Program-made: the position numbers and the translations under genes
Notes under the pieces: generated by a model
What the model was told of the DNA's origin: nothing
Seen by the model: the letters and a program-made list of their open reading frames with translations, nothing else
The model's database searches: none
Part shown: in pieces, positions 19,752 to 29,586 of the stretch
Layout of the letters: each line of letters opens with the position of its first letter
Position numbering within the stretch: the first letter of the stretch is position 1
NCBI GenBank assembly: GCA_021296175.1
Contig: JAGWAX010000001.1
Coordinates: forward strand, 1-57,079
Direction of reading: 5' to 3'
DNA length: 57,079 nt
Origin: Nitrosopumilaceae archaeon
GTDB taxonomy: Archaea > Thermoproteota > Nitrososphaeria > Nitrososphaerales > Nitrosopumilaceae

Positions 19752-20245
19752 AGACCGCCACGGGAATCATACGAGCCCTGAACTCGGGGATAAAGCACCT
19801 TGCAGTAAAGCGCTTTACGCTGAGGTACCCTGAGGAGAAGCTGGAGTTTGTCGGCGACGGGTACCAGTTTGACCCGTCGACAGGCGTGGGGATTGCGGGC
19901 CTCAAGGGGAGGCACATGCTGTTCCACGACCACTGCACCGGCTGCCAGCTCTGCTCCATCGCCTGCGAGGGGGTGGCAGAGGCGATCGGGATGGTAAAGG
20001 TGCCCGAGGAGCAAAAGCAGAACAAAAAGTCGATAATGCCGCAGATAGACTACGGCAAGTGCGTCTTCTGCGGGCTGTGCGTGGACGCCTGCCCGTTTTA
20101 TGCCCTGTATATGACAAACGACTATGAGCTCTCGTCGTTCTCCAAGGAGGGCCTCATATACACGCCTGCCCAGCTGGCAGTCAAGCCGTACGTGAGGCAG
20201 GACTCGAGCATCCAGATAACGGAGCGGGGTGCGACCCATGGCTGA
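19748..20245 (+). CDS. nuoI: NADH-quinone oxidoreductase subunit I
   Basis: Two CxxCxxCxxxC 4Fe-4S motifs. Confidence 0.95.
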   Translation: MKTATGIIRALNSGIKHLAVKRFTLRYPEEKLEFVGDGYQFDPSTGVGIAGLKGRHMLFHDHCTGCQLCSIACEGVAEAIGMVKVPEEQKQNKKSIMPQIDYGKCVFCGLCVDACPFYALYMTNDYELSSFSKEGLIYTPAQLAVKPYVRQDSSIQITERGATHG

Positions 20246-20753
20246 TCCCGTGTTCGTGGCGCTCGCCGTGGTTACGATAGGCTCGGCCGTAGCGGCCCTT
20301 GAGCTGCGCTCGCTTGTGTACGGCTCCATCGCGCTGATGGGGGCGCTCGGCGGGATCGCCGGGCTCTTCTTGCTGCTTGACGCGACGTTCGTGGCGCTGT
20401 TCCAGCTTGCCGTGTACGTCGGCTCGATTGCCGTACTGATACTGTTTACGGTGATGCTCGTAAAGCGCGAACTGATATTCAAAAAGATAGAGGACAAGAG
20501 GCGCAAGTTTGCCGGAGTCGCGCTGATGCTCGTGACGATGGTCGCCCTGGGCGCCATATTCATCGACTCGGGGATAAAGGATATTACAACAGACGAGCCC
20601 CCCGTCGACTTTAGGGAGATAGGCTCGGACTTTGTCACGTATTACTGGCCCGCGCTCATACTTATGGGGCTCATCCTTGCCGGCTCAGTGACTGGCGCGC
20701 TCGTGCTGGCTCGGAGGGAGGATATAGAGGAGAATGGTCAACGAACTAGTTGA
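20238..20753 (+). CDS. nuoJ: NADH-quinone oxidoreductase subunit J
   Basis: QLAVYVGSIAVLILF, hydrophobic, operon position. Confidence 0.93.
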   Translation: MADPVFVALAVVTIGSAVAALELRSLVYGSIALMGALGGIAGLFLLLDATFVALFQLAVYVGSIAVLILFTVMLVKRELIFKKIEDKRRKFAGVALMLVTMVALGAIFIDSGIKDITTDEPPVDFREIGSDFVTYYWPALILMGLILAGSVTGALVLARREDIEENGQRTS

Positions 20754-21039
20754 CTTTACGCTGGTCTCAATCGCCCTTTTGGGGATCGGGATCTACGGAC
20801 TTGCAGTAAAGCGCAACTTTATCAGAATGCTCTTTGCAATAGAGATCATCATAAACGCGGCCAACCTGAATCTGGTGGCCTTTGGAAGGTTCATTCCGGA
20901 GAGCGGCGGGCAGACGCTGGCGCTCTTCTCGATTGCGATTGCGGCCGCCGAGGTGGCAGTCGGGCTGTCGCTGATTATCGTGGCGTACAGGATGTACCAG
21001 AACGTGGACGTTGCGGACTTTAGGAGCCTGAGGGGCTAG
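20734..21039 (+). CDS. nuoK: NADH-quinone oxidoreductase subunit K
   Basis: IEIIINAANLN, AAAEVAVGL. Confidence 0.95.
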   Translation: MVNELVDFTLVSIALLGIGIYGLAVKRNFIRMLFAIEIIINAANLNLVAFGRFIPESGGQTLALFSIAIAAAEVAVGLSLIIVAYRMYQNVDVADFRSLRG

Positions 21040-21081
21040 GAAGAGGAAGAGGAAGAAGAAGAGGAGGATGAGCAGAGAGAA

Positions 21082-22761
21082 TTGATTATACCCGACTACG
21101 CCCTGATGCAGGCGGTATTCCTTCCACTGCTGCTCTCCCCTGTGGCATACGTCTTGGGGCGCAAGGCGGGGCCCACTGTTGCAATGTGGTTTACATTTGC
21201 CGTGCTCTTGTACTCGACCGTACTTGTGGTGTCTGCAGCCCTTGCAGAAGACGTCACGGAGGAGCACTATCCGTGGACCGAGATGTTCGGGGAGTTCGGG
21301 TTCCTGATGGACGGGCTGGCGTCGCCGTTTGCCATAGTGATATACGTGCTGTCGACCATTCTGGCGCTGTACTCCAAGCCGTACATGATCCACAAGTTCA
21401 AAGAACAGTTTAAGGAGGAGGGCCGGTCGGAGCAGGGCGGAGTAGAAGCTTCTGTTTCCTCCTCGACTTCCTCGACTTCCTCGACCCCGGCCGCCGCGAC
21501 CGCGACCGCCGAGTCCCACGAGACGTCCGCCGCGCTCAACTCGTACGTCAACGCAAAGTCGGGCCTCTACTTTGCGCTATACCTTGTGTTTGCCATGGGG
21601 ATGCTCGGGACCGTCCTTGCAACCAACCTCATCGAGTTTTACATATTCTTCGAGGTGATGCTCATACCCGGCTTCTTTCTGGTGGCGCTGTGGGGCGACG
21701 GGCCCCGCCGAAAGATAGGCCTCATGTTCCTGCTCTGGACCCATGCGGGCGCCGTCGTGCTCCTGCTGGGATTCCTGATGATCGGGCTCACGGTGGGAAG
21801 CTTTGACTTTGCAGACATCGACGAGTCCGTGCTGCCGCCTGACATCGCGCTGTTATCCGGCGTGGCAATTACCATAGGGCTCGGGGTAAAGCTTGCCGTC
21901 TTCATGTTCCACATATGGCTGCCCTACGTGCACGGCTCGGCCCCCACCCCCATCAGCGCGCTGCTCTCGCCGGCGATGATCGGGATCGGAGCGTACGGCA
22001 TCTTCCGGCTCGTGGTGGAGCTGCTGCCTGCCACGTACTCGGAGCTCTCCATATGGCTCCACGTGTGGGGGCTTGTCACGATGATATACGGGGGCGCCAT
22101 GGCGCTCATGCAGGACGACCTCAAGCGGCTGCTGGCGTACTCGAGCATAAGCCAGATGGGATACCTGCTGTTTGGGATAGGCTCCGTGTCTGTACTGGGG
22201 CTCTCGGGCGCCGAGATGATGTACGTAACGCACGGGCTCGGCAAGGGGCTGCTCTTCATGACTGCCGGAATCATCATAGTGAGGGTGGGCACCCGGAGCA
22301 TCTCCAAGCTGGGCGGCCTTGCCGGAAAGATGCCCATCACCGCGGTCTGCGCCGTCATAGGCGCGCTGACCATAATGGGCGTTCCGCCGACAAGCGGTTT
22401 CATGGGGGAGTGGATCCTCTTTTATGGAGCCCTTGAGACGGCCGTCGCAGAGGACTCGATGCTGCGTACCGTGACGTTTGCGCTGGGACTGCTTGCGACC
22501 GCGCTTACGATGTCCTATATGTTGTGGATGCTAAAGCGCGTGTTCTTTGGCAAGCTGCCCGAGCGCCTCTCAAACGTCAGGGAGGGCAGCTGGTACATGA
22601 CGGCGCCCATGATGGTGCTGGCAGGCTTTACTATAGTACTGGGGATATACCCGGACATATTCTTGGAGACCATCGTGCCGTACATGGAGTGGGTGCTTCC
22701 CGCAACAGGCGGCGGCGACGGCATGGCAGCAATGGCCGCGGCCGGAGGAGGCGGTCCGTAG
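21082..22761 (+). CDS. nuoM: NADH-quinone oxidoreductase subunit M
   Basis: FYIFFE, FHIWLP, KRLLAYSSISQMG, PPTSGFMGE. Confidence 0.93.
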   Translation: MIIPDYALMQAVFLPLLLSPVAYVLGRKAGPTVAMWFTFAVLLYSTVLVVSAALAEDVTEEHYPWTEMFGEFGFLMDGLASPFAIVIYVLSTILALYSKPYMIHKFKEQFKEEGRSEQGGVEASVSSSTSSTSSTPAAATATAESHETSAALNSYVNAKSGLYFALYLVFAMGMLGTVLATNLIEFYIFFEVMLIPGFFLVALWGDGPRRKIGLMFLLWTHAGAVVLLLGFLMIGLTVGSFDFADIDESVLPPDIALLSGVAITIGLGVKLAVFMFHIWLPYVHGSAPTPISALLSPAMIGIGAYGIFRLVVELLPATYSELSIWLHVWGLVTMIYGGAMALMQDDLKRLLAYSSISQMGYLLFGIGSVSVLGLSGAEMMYVTHGLGKGLLFMTAGIIIVRVGTRSISKLGGLAGKMPITAVCAVIGALTIMGVPPTSGFMGEWILFYGALETAVAEDSMLRTVTFALGLLATALTMSYMLWMLKRVFFGKLPERLSNVREGSWYMTAPMMVLAGFTIVLGIYPDIFLETIVPYMEWVLPATGGGDGMAAMAAAGGGGP

Positions 22762-24858
22762 ATGGCATCAGAGTCCGCCGCCGCCGCGTCCTTCCTGCCG
22801 CCCATCGACGCGGTCCCCGAGGCCGCGTGGCTGGTCTGGGTCATACCGTTTGCCGCGGCTTTGATAATGCCCGCGATCGGCAGGGCGTCTCACCGCGTAA
22901 CCGGGTACGCGGCAGTCGGGTTCGCGCTGATGTCGGCGCTGTCCGCGTTCTCACTGCTCCCGATGGCGCTTGCCGGCGGGGAGATACACGACCAGATAAT
23001 GTGGATAGAGGCCATAGGGCTCAAGGCCGGCGTGCTTGCCGACCCGCTGTCGGTGATAATGGCAAACGTGGTCGCGTGGATCTCGTTCCTCATAATGATA
23101 TACAGCACGGGCTACATGAAGGGCGACCGCAGCGTCGTGCGGTTCTGGTTCTGGATGCTGTTCTTTATCGGCTCGATGCAGCTCATCGTGCTGTCCGACA
23201 ACCTGCTGCAGGTCTTCTTCGGGTGGGAGGGCGTCGGGCTCGCGTCGTACGCGCTGATCAGCTTTTGGTACCGCGACAAGAAGAAGGACCACGTGGGGCA
23301 GGAGGACCGCCGCGTCCTGGGTTTGATGGACTACTACGCCCCGACGCACGCCGGCATGAAGGCGTTCATCATGACAAAGGTCGGCGACGTGATGATGATT
23401 GCAGGCATGCTGCTGATATTCCTGTACGCCGGCACGTTCGGCTTCAAGGAGCTTGTCGGCGACACGGCGTGGGCAGTCGAGATGTCGGCCCAGGGGCTGC
23501 TGGTGCCGGCGTTCGTCCTGCTCTTTGGCGGCGCTATCGGCAAGTCGGCGCAGTTCCCGCTCAACGAGTGGCTGCTGGAGGCCATGACGGGGCCCACCGC
23601 CGTCTCCGCCCTGATACACGCGGCTACCATGGTAAAGGCAGGCGTGTTCCTGGTGGCGAGACTGGGGCCGATCGTGTTTGCCCTGGGCGCCGCGGGGATA
23701 CTCGCCGACCAGTTCTTTGAGATCGTGGCGTGGGTGGGCGCCATTACCGCCCTGCTGCTTGCGACGCAGGGCATGACCAACCCCGAGATCAAAAAGGTGC
23801 TTGCATACTCGACCGGCTCGCAGATAGGGTACATGATGATGGCCCTTGGCGTGGCCGGACTGTCGTACCAGTACGTGGACGGCTACACGGCCGGATTCTT
23901 CCACCTGATATCGCACGCGATGTTCAAGGCCTCCCTGTTCATGGCAGCCGGCTCCCTGCTGCATGTAGTGGGCTCCCGGTTCATGACGGACATGGGCGGC
24001 CTGCGAAAGCACATGAAGAAGACGTACGCCTTCATGTGGGCCGCGGGCCTGGGCCTCATGGGCGCCCCGTTCATCACGACGGGGTTCTGGAGCAAGGACG
24101 CCATATTCGCGGCCGTATACGAGTCCGGCTCCGAGTGGGCGCTCCCCCTGTATGTGATTGCGGTGCTGACGGCGGTAATTACGGCGTTCTATACAACTCG
24201 CATGATCGGCATGGTCTTCTTTGGCCCAAAGTCCGAGCACGTGCAGAAGATGGAGGAGGAGGGGCACCGCGTGCACGAGGCCTCCGTGTCCATGTGGGTG
24301 CCGTACGGGATACTCGCGGCGCTGACGATCGGGCTCGGCATCATCGGGCTGTCTGCTGAGGAGGGCCTGCACCACCTCTTCGAGGTGTACCTGGCCGAAT
24401 CGTTTGGCATACACGGTGCCGAGAAGGGGACCGAAATGGCGTCCATACTGCCCGGATTCCTGCAGGGGCTCAACCCGGTGGCGCTCGGCTCGTCGCTTGC
24501 CGCCTTTGCCACAGGGATAGGGCTGGGGTACGTCTTCTACATCGGCCGGCACGCGGACCCTGCCAAGTTTGTCAACTCCAACATCTTCTTTTACGCCATA
24601 CACAAGGTGATACTCAACAGGTGGTACCTGAACGCCATCATATACTGGTGCTTTGTGGTGGCCCCGCTCTGGCTTGCGCGCGGCGTGTCCAGGTACTTTG
24701 AGAAGACCGCCATAGACTACGGCATGAACAACGGGCTGCAAAAGGCCGTCGGCTGGAGCGCCAAGGTGGTGCAGGGCACGCAGACCGGCGTCTCGCAGTC
24801 GTACCTGTTCGTGTTCGGGGCGGGACTGCTGTTTGTGGTATTGATGTTGATGATGTGA
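22762..24858 (+). CDS. nuoL: NADH-quinone oxidoreductase subunit L
   Basis: GWEGVG, GKSAQFPL, AMTGPTAVSALIHAATMV. Confidence 0.96.
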   Translation: MASESAAAASFLPPIDAVPEAAWLVWVIPFAAALIMPAIGRASHRVTGYAAVGFALMSALSAFSLLPMALAGGEIHDQIMWIEAIGLKAGVLADPLSVIMANVVAWISFLIMIYSTGYMKGDRSVVRFWFWMLFFIGSMQLIVLSDNLLQVFFGWEGVGLASYALISFWYRDKKKDHVGQEDRRVLGLMDYYAPTHAGMKAFIMTKVGDVMMIAGMLLIFLYAGTFGFKELVGDTAWAVEMSAQGLLVPAFVLLFGGAIGKSAQFPLNEWLLEAMTGPTAVSALIHAATMVKAGVFLVARLGPIVFALGAAGILADQFFEIVAWVGAITALLLATQGMTNPEIKKVLAYSTGSQIGYMMMALGVAGLSYQYVDGYTAGFFHLISHAMFKASLFMAAGSLLHVVGSRFMTDMGGLRKHMKKTYAFMWAAGLGLMGAPFITTGFWSKDAIFAAVYESGSEWALPLYVIAVLTAVITAFYTTRMIGMVFFGPKSEHVQKMEEEGHRVHEASVSMWVPYGILAALTIGLGIIGLSAEEGLHHLFEVYLAESFGIHGAEKGTEMASILPGFLQGLNPVALGSSLAAFATGIGLGYVFYIGRHADPAKFVNSNIFFYAIHKVILNRWYLNAIIYWCFVVAPLWLARGVSRYFEKTAIDYGMNNGLQKAVGWSAKVVQGTQTGVSQSYLFVFGAGLLFVVLMLMM

Positions 24859-24915
24859 TGGAAATGATGGTGATGATGATTATGATGATGACGGCAGAGG
24901 CAACGGCGGCAAAGA

Positions 24916-24950
24916 TGGTGCCAATCGCGGCAGTGGTGCCAATCGCGGCA
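24916..24950. repeat. Tandem duplication of 18-bp unit TGGTGCCAATCGCGGCAG
   Basis: Two adjacent copies in the nuoL-nuoN spacer, after a (TGA)n-rich tract. Confidence 0.85.
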
Positions 24951-24991
24951 CCCGGGACGCCATACACAGCACGGGAGGTGGCCTGCCCGCA

Positions 24992-26485
24992 ATGATCCCG
25001 ATCGACTCCACCCCGATGATACTGGTCGCGATACTCGGCACGGTCGGCATCGTACTCCCGCTGATAAGCATCGCCCGCCGCGAAGTCGGCGGGAGCGCGT
25101 CAAACACGCTGTACGCCGCAATCGCGCTGGGCGCCCTTGCCGCGTCCATGGCCTACGTCGGGTACGAGTTCTTGTACGGGGATATGCCCGCCTCGGCGCT
25201 CTTCTCCGAAGATGTGCTCTCCGATGACGCGTTCGGCGGCTTCTTTGCCGTGGCGATGCTCATAGTGGCGATCTTCACCGTGGTGGGATCGTTTACGTAC
25301 ATGCGCAAGCACGAGAACGCGTCGCCGGCCGTGTACTACTCGCTCATCCTGCTTGCGACCATAGGAATGGTGCTTGTCGCGTACTCCACCGACCTGGTGA
25401 TGCTGTTCGTGGCCTGGGAGCTGATGAGCATACCCACGTATATCCTGGTCGGGTTCATGAAGAGGAACCCCGCCTCAAACGAGGCCGCCATCAAATACTT
25501 TCTGTTCGGGGCCCTCTCGTCGGCGATAATCATATACGGAATATCACTGTCGTACGGGCTGACGGGCTCGACGAACATAGGCGACGTGATAGAGGGGTAC
25601 GCGTCACTCGACTCCTCGCTGATGCCGCTTGCCCTGCTCTCCGTCGGCATGCTGATTGCCGGGTTCGGCTTCAAGATGGGACTCGTGCCGTTCCACCAGT
25701 GGCTTCCGGACACGTACGAGGGGGCGCCCGCGCCCGTAACCACGCTGCTGGCCGCTGCCACCAAAAAGGCCGGGTTTGCGGCCGCTTTGCGCATTGTAAT
25801 AATGGGCGCCGTCGCCCTGAACACCGACTGGACGCTGGCCCTCGGCGTCATAGCGGTGATGACCATGACAGTCGGCAACGTGGCCGCCATCATGCAGAAG
25901 AACCTCTCAAGAATGCTTGCCTACTCGAGTATAGCGCACGCCGGGTACATCCTGATCGGGCTCGCGGTGGCGCCGCACAGCTCGCTGGGGCTGCAGGGAT
26001 CGCTGTACCAGATATTCAACCACGCCGTGATGAAGGGCGCCGCGTTCATCGCAGTGGCCGGAATCGTGGTGGCGCTTGCGGTCACGCACATCGACAAGCT
26101 TGCGGGGCTCGGGCGCCGCATGCCGATAACGTCGCTCGGGCTCGTGATATCGCTGTTTGCGCTTGCCGGCGTCCCCCCGCTGTCCGGGTTCTGGAGCAAG
26201 CTCATGCTGTTTGGCGGCGCGCTTGACGCGTCCTCGGCCCTTTGGTGGGCCCCGTGGCTTGCCATAGCCGGCGTGCTCAACAGCGCGCTCTCCCTTGCGT
26301 ACTACGGCTGGATAACGCGCAAGATGTACTTTGAGGGCGAGACCAAGCGCCGCGTGCCGGAGCCAAAGCCCATAGTGGCAGTAATGATATTCTCCATACT
26401 CTTTTTGGTGGGGTTCGGCGTGTATCCGGAGCCGCTGCTGCAGTTCGTCGAGTTTGCCACGCCGGTGATTGACTGGCCGGGCTAG
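24992..26485 (+). CDS. nuoN: NADH-quinone oxidoreductase subunit N
   Basis: EAAIKYF, FKMGLVPFHQWLPDTYEGAP, RMLAYSSIAHAGY. Confidence 0.96.
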   Translation: MIPIDSTPMILVAILGTVGIVLPLISIARREVGGSASNTLYAAIALGALAASMAYVGYEFLYGDMPASALFSEDVLSDDAFGGFFAVAMLIVAIFTVVGSFTYMRKHENASPAVYYSLILLATIGMVLVAYSTDLVMLFVAWELMSIPTYILVGFMKRNPASNEAAIKYFLFGALSSAIIIYGISLSYGLTGSTNIGDVIEGYASLDSSLMPLALLSVGMLIAGFGFKMGLVPFHQWLPDTYEGAPAPVTTLLAAATKKAGFAAALRIVIMGAVALNTDWTLALGVIAVMTMTVGNVAAIMQKNLSRMLAYSSIAHAGYILIGLAVAPHSSLGLQGSLYQIFNHAVMKGAAFIAVAGIVVALAVTHIDKLAGLGRRMPITSLGLVISLFALAGVPPLSGFWSKLMLFGGALDASSALWWAPWLAIAGVLNSALSLAYYGWITRKMYFEGETKRRVPEPKPIVAVMIFSILFLVGFGVYPEPLLQFVEFATPVIDWPG

Positions 26486-26600
26486 CCGGCCCCCTTTTGC
26501 GACAGTGCGATCCCTGCCCGACCCTTCAGGGGCGCCTCGTAATGTTGGAGCGGCGTAAAACGACACTCCGGAGCCCGCGCGGTGAACCGCCGCCTGATGG

Positions 26601-27452
26601 TCACATCTTAAACGACGTCAGCCTGATGAGGTTCTCCAGGCCGTCCTTTGCCTGGTGGTCCGGAATCCTTCTGAGCCCCGCCGCCGCCTTTTGCGAGTAC
26701 TTTTTTAGCAGCTCCTCCATGCGGTCAAACACGTGCCTGGGATCCGAGCTGCGCTTTATCAAAAGGTTGAACAGCTTGTCCTCGTTCTTCCAGTCGAGCA
26801 GGTCGTCCCTTATCTGGTACGCTATGCCGATGTTCAGCCCGTACTCCGTCAGGGACTCTATCTGCTCCTCAGAACCCCCGCCCATTATGGCGCCCGTCCT
26901 GGCCGCCACCTCGAACGCGGTCGCGGTCTTGTACTCGATTACTTTGAGATAGTCGTCAAACGTGACGTCCTCGCTTGCCTCGAGCATCCCCTCTATCATC
27001 TCGCCCTCGCTCATCCTCATCGCGGTGGTGGCCAAGTCCTTTGTCACGCGGGAGTTGTCCAGCCTAGAGCATATGGCAAGTATGAGCCCGAGCACAAAGT
27101 CGCCTGTCAGGATGCTCGTGTTGTACCCGTACTTTATGTGGAACGGATCCTTCTGCCTCCTCACCGTCTCGTTGTCTATTATGTCGTCGTGTATTATCGA
27201 CTCCATGTGCAGGAACTCGACTGCGCACGAGGCCGCAAGCGTGTTCTCGTCGACGCCCCCCACGCATTCGGCCGCAAGCACCAGTATGACGGGCCTGATC
27301 CTCTTGCCGCCCCCAAGCGAGTACTTTAGCGGCCCTATGAACTCGGACTCCTCATACAGGGCAAGCTCGTCGCTGAGGGCCCTATCGATCCTCTCTATGT
27401 AGCGGCCGTACGACTCTTCGAGCGGATTGATCTCTGCGTTCTCTCTTTCCAT
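26601..27452 (-). CDS. Polyprenyl diphosphate synthase (GGPP synthase family)
   Basis: GGKRIRP, first DDxxD (HDDIID..RR), KTA, second motif QIRDDLLD. Confidence 0.93.
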   Translation of the reverse strand: MERENAEINPLEESYGRYIERIDRALSDELALYEESEFIGPLKYSLGGGKRIRPVILVLAAECVGGVDENTLAASCAVEFLHMESIIHDDIIDNETVRRQKDPFHIKYGYNTSILTGDFVLGLILAICSRLDNSRVTKDLATTAMRMSEGEMIEGMLEASEDVTFDDYLKVIEYKTATAFEVAARTGAIMGGGSEEQIESLTEYGLNIGIAYQIRDDLLDWKNEDKLFNLLIKRSSDPRHVFDRMEELLKKYSQKAAAGLRRIPDHQAKDGLENLIRLTSFKM

Positions 27453-27497
27453 TGAGGCCGGCCTGCGTTCAAAGTGGCCACGTCACTAATTAAATCT

Positions 27498-27591
27498 TGG
27501 TGCTCCAGCCGGGACTTTCATCTGATGATTTTGAACCCGGGATCACTGCCTTGAAAGGGCAGTATGCTTGACCGGTCTACACCACTGGAAC
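27498..27591 (-). tRNA. tRNA-Glu(TTC) with a 15-nt non-canonical intron in the T-loop (27515-27529), CCA encoded
   Basis: Reverse complement: GTTCCAG/CTGGAGC acceptor, CTGCC-CTTTCAA-GGCAG anticodon arm, T arm CCGGG-TTCAAA[ATCATCAGATGAAAG]T-CCCGG, then A-CCA. Confidence 0.93.
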
Positions 27592-27941
27592 AACGCGCGC
27601 ATTACCGAGGCCGGGAATAAAATTCTTTACAGAAGAGCCGCCTGCCGCCCGCAGGCGCGGCACGCCTGCCACACAGCAGCAGCGGCACAACCGCGTCCGG
27701 GGCTGATCTTGCAGCTTCTGGAGCGCCTACGGCCGATGGCGCCCGGATCATCCGGGTTTTCCTCCGAATGCCTTGGTGTTACGGCGGCAAAAAAAAACTG
27801 TGGCGCTACGGCACAAAAACGGCAGGACGTGGCAGCGGCAGGTCGGATGCAGCGGCAGCTGCCGTCTCAGGTGCCGCCGCCACCAGATTAACCCGCAGGG
27901 CAGCACCCAAGCACCGGCCCCGTCCGTCGCGGAGGGAACTG

Positions 27942-29387
27942 TCATTCCACCTTTCTGATCTCTTCGAGCAGCGCGCGTCTGCCACTGTGCTTGTGCCTTA
28001 TGCCTGCGATGAACCGCCTTGTGTCCTCCGCATGCCCCGGAATGCCTGCCATCTTTTTGATCGCCTCGCAGGCAAGCGCGTACTTTTTCCTCTCTAGCGC
28101 ATACGCAAGATACCCTTCGATTATGTCGCGGCACGCGGCGTAGGCGTCTGCGGGGCCGGCCGCCCTTACCAGATCGTCGTGGAAGTCGATCAGCAGCCGG
28201 ATGTCATCCGCGTCACTTATCGCCTCGGCCGCCCTCTCCCACATGCCCTCTATGAGCAGGGCCTGTATGAGGAGGTATTTGTGGTAGGAGTATCTGGCCA
28301 AGTTGTCCAGGGCGGCATCGCGGTACTCGTCCCAGTTCGGATGGGTGGACCTGAGGCGCTCGTAATACTCCGCGGACGCGCTTCCCACGTACATGTTCTC
28401 AAGCAGTCTGAGGTGCGCCGGACTTCCCTCGTCATAGACCTCAAGCGCGGCCTCGGCCAGGATCGTGTACGAGTACGGGCCGACCGCACCATCAAGCAGG
28501 CGCTGCGCCGCCTTCCTGTCCCTCTTTGCCAGCGCCCGCACGTACGCGGCGCACGTGTGGTCGTTTTCCATGTGGTATGCCTCTAGGACGTCCTCAGTTG
28601 AGGGATCATCCAAGCTCGTCAATACGTCTGCCAGCAGCGCGGCCACGCCTACCGCGACACGGTGCGCTGCGCCGTCTTCTTTCGGCGGCGCCTTGGCGGG
28701 CAACGCGCGGCTCGCCAGATCGCGCAGATACTCCAGCTTCTGCCTGTTGCCATTGCAAAACTCCACAAGCTCGTCTATGTACGGATCTGTGCCTACGTTG
28801 GCGCTCTTTTTGCGGAGCATCTCAAAGATCATGGATATCCCCTCCTTTTTGAGCCCAAAACCCGCCTTCTTCGAGCCGTAGCATGAGGCCAACCTGTGCA
28901 GGGCCCTTGCAAAGGCGTTGTAGTAGAACGTGTCGTCAGGATCGGCCTTGGGCATGATGTCCGCGGTTGCCTCCGCAACCGCCCGGTACACGGCCGCCGC
29001 CCCGGTGCGGTCACCTGACTTGATTCTGGCCCTTGCGTCCTTCTCAAACCTGTCGAACTTTACCCTCTTCCTGGCGTCGAGCGAGCCGTACTTTTTGACG
29101 ACCGCCTCGTACAGGGCGGTAACGTTGTCGTAGTGCTGCCTGTACGTCTTCTCGTTTCTTATGATTCTTGCCTTCTTTGCGGCCTCGTCCTCCCCCTTCT
29201 CCTCTGTCGCCTTCTTGGCCGCGCGCCTTAGCGCAAAATAATCCACGAACCGGCCCCTCATGTCGGGATCGCTGTTCATCTCCAGCCTTAGAAAGTCTGC
29301 CATGTCGTCCGGCGAGATTATCGATATGATCGTCTCTACGCTCTTGTGCTTTTTGCTCGCCCTTCGTCTCGCCCTGACTCTCTCCAT
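27942..29387 (-). CDS. Helical hypothetical protein resembling the C-terminal region of SWIM-Zn-finger-associated proteins, without the finger
   Basis: Long ORF; C-terminus 'KYALACEAIKKM...IRHKHSGRRALLEEI'; no CxC...CxH found; start uncertain. Confidence 0.7.
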   Translation of the reverse strand: MERVRARRRASKKHKSVETIISIISPDDMADFLRLEMNSDPDMRGRFVDYFALRRAAKKATEEKGEDEAAKKARIIRNEKTYRQHYDNVTALYEAVVKKYGSLDARKRVKFDRFEKDARARIKSGDRTGAAAVYRAVAEATADIMPKADPDDTFYYNAFARALHRLASCYGSKKAGFGLKKEGISMIFEMLRKKSANVGTDPYIDELVEFCNGNRQKLEYLRDLASRALPAKAPPKEDGAAHRVAVGVAALLADVLTSLDDPSTEDVLEAYHMENDHTCAAYVRALAKRDRKAAQRLLDGAVGPYSYTILAEAALEVYDEGSPAHLRLLENMYVGSASAEYYERLRSTHPNWDEYRDAALDNLARYSYHKYLLIQALLIEGMWERAAEAISDADDIRLLIDFHDDLVRAAGPADAYAACRDIIEGYLAYALERKKYALACEAIKKMAGIPGHAEDTRRFIAGIRHKHSGRRALLEEIRKVE

Positions 29388-29586
29388 GAATTCGAGCGCC
29401 CGCGCCCGCCTTTTTATTTTTGCCCGCCGCCCTGCCCTCCAAGAACACTCCGGGCCCGATCCGGATGCTGGCCCGCGAGTGTCGAGCAAAACGGATCCGT
29501 GCGCCAAGCGTCAAGAGGGACTTTTGCCTGTGGGACACACCCCTGCGGCGGCCACAAATTTATTCTGGTCTTCCGTACGCCACATC

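Noticed and set aside
15398..26485. Complex I lacking nuoEFG
   Set aside because: Established 11-subunit arrangement in ammonia-oxidising archaea; not unusual
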